A DNA stretch of 64,000 bases. Origin: Chthoniobacteraceae bacterium. GTDB lineage: Bacteria; Verrucomicrobiota; Verrucomicrobiia; Chthoniobacterales; Chthoniobacteraceae. The translations under genes were made by a program, and so were the position numbers. The stretch covers positions 1 through 64,000 of the forward strand of contig JBEBGD010000001.1 in assembly GCA_040081625.1 (NCBI GenBank). Reading direction: 5' to 3'. Of this stretch, positions 60,746-64,000 are shown in pieces. Numbering within the stretch: the first letter of the stretch is position 1; each line of letters begins with the position of its first letter. Below the pieces are notes generated by a model. The model did not search any database, was not told where the DNA came from, and was given only the letters and a program-made list of their open reading frames with translations.

Positions 60746-61869
60746 GGATTCTCGTGCTCTGCTACGAGTATCCGCCGATCGGCGGCGGCGGTGGGCGCGT
60801 GGCGAAGAGCATCGCGCAGGCGCTCGTCGCACGCGGGCACGACGTGCGCGTGCAGACGGCTGCGCTCGGGTGGAAGTCGTCGCGCGGGATGATCGGTGGC
60901 GTCGATGTGTTTCGCAAAGCAAGCGGGCGACGCGCGCCGGATACGTGTCGCGTTCACGAGATGGCGTCCTATTGCGCGACGAGTTTCCTGCCGACGCTGC
61001 GGCACATTCGCGAATGGCGACCGGAAGTGATCCACGCGCACTTCGCGGTGCCGACCGGTGTGATCGCGTGGCTGGTGCATCGGGTCACCGGCGTTCCTTA
61101 CGTCCTCACGGCGCATCTCGGCGACGTGCCGGGTGGAGTGCCGGAGCAGACTGACACGCTGTTCAAGTTCGCCGGCGGCCTGGCCGCTCGCGTGTGGCGC
61201 GATGCGGCGGCTTGCACGGCGGTCAGCACCTTTGTGCAGGAACTCGCCGAGCGCGCCTACGCGCGGAAAGTGGAGCGCATTCTCAATGGGATCGACCTGA
61301 GCGACGCGCCGCTCGCGCCGCCGGAGGCGATGCGTCGTCGGCATCTCGTTTTCGTCGGGCGATTCAATCCGCAGAAGCGGCCGGACTTTCTCATCGAGGC
61401 GCTGCGATGGGTGACGCACTCTGGCTGGAAGCTGACGATGATCGGCGACGGGCCGATGATGACGCGGGTGCGCTCGATGGTGAGCGCGCAGCGGCTCGAC
61501 GAGTTTGTGACGATGCGCGGCTGGCTCGACGCGCGCGAGGTGGATGCCGTGCTGCGCGAGGCGGACATCCTTTGCATGCCTTCGAGCAGTGAAGGAATGC
61601 CGGTCGCCGCGGTCGAAGCGCTCAAGCACGGGCTGGCGATCATGGCGAGCGACATCCCTGGCGTGCGCGATGTCGTCGAGGATGGCGTGAACGGTTTTCG
61701 GCTGCCGGTGAACGATGTCGAGGGCTTCGCCCGGAAGCTCGACTGGCTGCTCCGCGCCGACGAGACGCTGCTCGCGATGAAGCGCGCGAGTTGGAAGAAG
61801 GCGCGCGATTTCGATCTCGCGGCGATTGCTTCGCAATACGAAGCGGTGCTTAAAGCCGCATGCCGATGA
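60742..61869 (+). CDS. GT4 family glycosyltransferase
   Basis: MRILVLCYEYPPIGGGG, IHAHFAVPTG, FVGRFNPQKR, EGMPVAAVEA (EX7E). ATGA overlap with asnB. Confidence 0.92.
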   Translation: MRILVLCYEYPPIGGGGGRVAKSIAQALVARGHDVRVQTAALGWKSSRGMIGGVDVFRKASGRRAPDTCRVHEMASYCATSFLPTLRHIREWRPEVIHAHFAVPTGVIAWLVHRVTGVPYVLTAHLGDVPGGVPEQTDTLFKFAGGLAARVWRDAAACTAVSTFVQELAERAYARKVERILNGIDLSDAPLAPPEAMRRRHLVFVGRFNPQKRPDFLIEALRWVTHSGWKLTMIGDGPMMTRVRSMVSAQRLDEFVTMRGWLDAREVDAVLREADILCMPSSSEGMPVAAVEALKHGLAIMASDIPGVRDVVEDGVNGFRLPVNDVEGFARKLDWLLRADETLLAMKRASWKKARDFDLAAIASQYEAVLKAACR

Positions 61870-62888
61870 CTGCTTACGAAATCTCTCTCGAAGAACTCCG
61901 CGCCGAGCCGCGCCGCTGGCTGGTGACTGGTTGCGCCGGCTTCATCGGCTCGCATCTCGTCGAGACGCTGCTGCGCTGCGACCAGCGCGTGAACGGGCTC
62001 GACGATTTCTCGACCGGCTCGCCGCGCAATCTCGACGACGTCCGCGCTAGCGTGAGCGCGGAGCAATGGGCGCGCTTTGAGTTCCGCGAGGGCAGCGTGG
62101 CCGACATGGGCGCGTGCCGGGAGACGACCACCTACTGCGACTTCGTGCTGCACGAGGCGGGGTTCATCTCGGTGCCGCTTTCGATCGAGGATCCGGTCGG
62201 CTGTCACAACACGAACGTATCCGGCACGCTGAATCTGCTCATCGCGGCGCGGGATAATCGCGTCCGGCGCTTCGTCTTCGCGAGTTCGAGCGCGGTGTAT
62301 GGCGACGACGCGGCGGCGGCGAAGGTCGAGGCGCAGATCGGGCGACCGCTTTCGCCGTATGGTGCGTCGAAGCTGATGGATGAAATCTACGCGCGGCAGT
62401 TTTTCGATCACTACGGGCTTGAGACCGTCGGGCTGCGTTACTTCAACGTCTTCGGGACGCGCCAGAATCCGAGTGGTGGATACGCGGCGGTGATTCCGCA
62501 GTGGATCACGAAGTGCGTGCGCGGCGAGGAATGCGTGATCAACGGCGACGGCGGCATCACGCGCGATTTTTGCCCGGTCGCGAACATCGTGCAGGCAAAT
62601 GTGCTCGCTGCCACGGCGCGCAATCGCGCTGCAGCGGGTGAGGCGTTCAACGTTGCGCTCGGCGGCTGCACGACGCTGGCGGATCTCTACGAGCTAATCT
62701 CATCGCGGGTCGCCGCGGTCACTGGTCGTCCTGCGAAGTCCGTGCGTTACGGTGCGCCGCGACCAGGAGACATCATCCACTCATCGGCCGACATCGCGCG
62801 GATTCAGACAGTGCTCGGCTTTGAACCGGCGATGGATGTGCCCGCCGGGCTCGATGAGACGGTCGCGTGGTATGCGCGCTCAGCGTAG
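61866..62888 (+). CDS. NAD-dependent UDP-HexNAc C4-epimerase, WbpP/TviC-like SDR
   Basis: WLVTGCAGFIGSH, ASSSAVYGD, PLSPYGASK (YxxxK), LRYFNVFG.RQNP.GGYAAVIP.W. Confidence 0.9.
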   Translation: MTAYEISLEELRAEPRRWLVTGCAGFIGSHLVETLLRCDQRVNGLDDFSTGSPRNLDDVRASVSAEQWARFEFREGSVADMGACRETTTYCDFVLHEAGFISVPLSIEDPVGCHNTNVSGTLNLLIAARDNRVRRFVFASSSAVYGDDAAAAKVEAQIGRPLSPYGASKLMDEIYARQFFDHYGLETVGLRYFNVFGTRQNPSGGYAAVIPQWITKCVRGEECVINGDGGITRDFCPVANIVQANVLAATARNRAAAGEAFNVALGGCTTLADLYELISSRVAAVTGRPAKSVRYGAPRPGDIIHSSADIARIQTVLGFEPAMDVPAGLDETVAWYARSA

Positions 62889-64000
62889 GCGCGGGTTGTT
62901 CGGGCGCGAGTAGAGCGCGTGGACGACGCTGATATTTCGCATCTCGAACGCGGCTTCGCAGTATTGCAGGTAGTAGCTCCACTTGCGGATGAAGCGGTCG
63001 TCGAAGCCTTGCGCGCGGATGTCGTCGAGCTTCGCGGTGAAGGTGTCGAACCAGCGGCGCAGCGTGCGCGCGTAGTCGAGGCCGATGTCTTCGAGCTCCA
63101 CGAGCGAGAGGGTGCCTGTGCGATGGAGGGCCTGGTTCACGCGGCCGATGCTGAGCAGGAGTGAGCCGGGGAAGATGTGCTTTTGGATGAAGTCGATGCC
63201 GCGGCGAAGCTCGGCGTGGCGGCTGTCAGGCACGGTGATGTATTGCAGCGCGATGAGCGCATCGGGCTTGGTGACTTCGTGGAGCTTCGCAAAGAACGTC
63301 TCGAGATAGCGGTCGCCGAGCGCCTCCATCATCTCGATCGACACGACCTTGTCGAAGCGGCCCGTGATCTCGCGGTAGTCCTGCAGCCTCAGGTCCACGC
63401 GGTCGGCGATGCCTTCGCGCGCGAACCGCTCGCGCGCGTATTCGTATTGGCGCTGCGAGATCGTGACGGTCGTGACGCGGCAGCCGTAGTGCCGCACGGC
63501 GTGCGAGGCCATGCCACCCCAGCCGCTTCCAATCTCGAGCAGGTGATCGCCCGAGCCGAGGCGTAGCTTGCGGCAGAGCGTGTCGTATTTCGCGATCTGC
63601 GCGGCTTCGAGCGATTGATCGGGTGCGGAGAACTTCGCCGACGAGTAGGTCATCGTCGGATCGAGCCACAGGTGATAGAAGTCGTTCCCGAGGTCGTAGT
63701 GCTCGGCGATGTTCTGCCTCGCGATGCGCGGCGAATTCGGGCGCAGGAGGTGATGCACGCGGTTGGAGAACTTCAGGAGATTGAGCGCCCAGAGCCGGCG
63801 CGTCGTGCCGCTCATCGAGGGAGTATTCTCGATGTTCAGGATCGCCCACGCGATGACGCGCTCGATGCTCTCGGTCTCCCAGTCGCCATCGACGTAGCTT
63901 TCGCCGAAGCCCACGTCGCCGAAGAGCACGCAGCGCTTGAAGAACGTCGGCCTCGCGACGCGGATGTGCGCGCTGACTTCGTGGCCGGGCGTGCCGTGAT
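62880..64000 (-). CDS. cfa: Cyclopropane-fatty-acyl-phospholipid synthase family methyltransferase (5'-truncated by window)
   Basis: The frame stays open to the window edge. NIAEHYDLGNDFY.LWLDPTMTYS, LEIGSGWGG, FDKVVSIEMMEA, FIQKHIFPG, W.YYL.YCEAAF. The 3' end overlaps the epimerase gene by 9 bp. Confidence 0.88.
   Translation of the reverse strand, partial: HGTPGHEVSAHIRVARPTFFKRCVLFGDVGFGESYVDGDWETESIERVIAWAILNIENTPSMSGTTRRLWALNLLKFSNRVHHLLRPNSPRIARQNIAEHYDLGNDFYHLWLDPTMTYSSAKFSAPDQSLEAAQIAKYDTLCRKLRLGSGDHLLEIGSGWGGMASHAVRHYGCRVTTVTISQRQYEYARERFAREGIADRVDLRLQDYREITGRFDKVVSIEMMEALGDRYLETFFAKLHEVTKPDALIALQYITVPDSRHAELRRGIDFIQKHIFPGSLLLSIGRVNQALHRTGTLSLVELEDIGLDYARTLRRWFDTFTAKLDDIRAQGFDDRFIRKWSYYLQYCEAAFEMRNISVVHALYSRPNNPRLR

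Overview
GC-rich bacterial DNA. The gene content (PEP-CTERM, passenger-associated repeats, DUF1501/DUF1552/DUF1592) suggests Verrucomicrobiota of the Chthoniobacter/Spartobacteria type; this is inferred, as no rRNA marker is present. 1-5.8 kb: 3' part of an SdrD-B-like tandem-repeat surface protein. 6.15-30.1 kb: one ~7,996-aa secreted beta-helical repeat protein ending in a PEP-CTERM sorting signal. 30.2-45.5 kb: a co-oriented signalling island with 5 histidine kinases (2 hybrid), 3 NarL/LuxR regulators, an output-less CheB-CheR-PAS fusion, a small LITAF-like Zn-ribbon gene and a REP-like four-hairpin element. 45.5-53.8 kb: PVC-type accessory genes (cytochrome c/PA14/DUF1592, an internally deleted and frameshifted DUF1552, DUF1501, an Asp-box propeller, an unusual pilin-like protein). 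53.9-57.8 kb: smc, preceded by two NrdR-box-like palindromes 32 bp apart. 57.8-62.9 kb: glycan operon (GT2, asnB-like, GT4, WbpP-like epimerase). A convergent cfa-like gene is cut by the window end. No rRNA, tRNA, CRISPR array or transposase was seen. All family assignments come from motif recognition by eye; no database searches were run.
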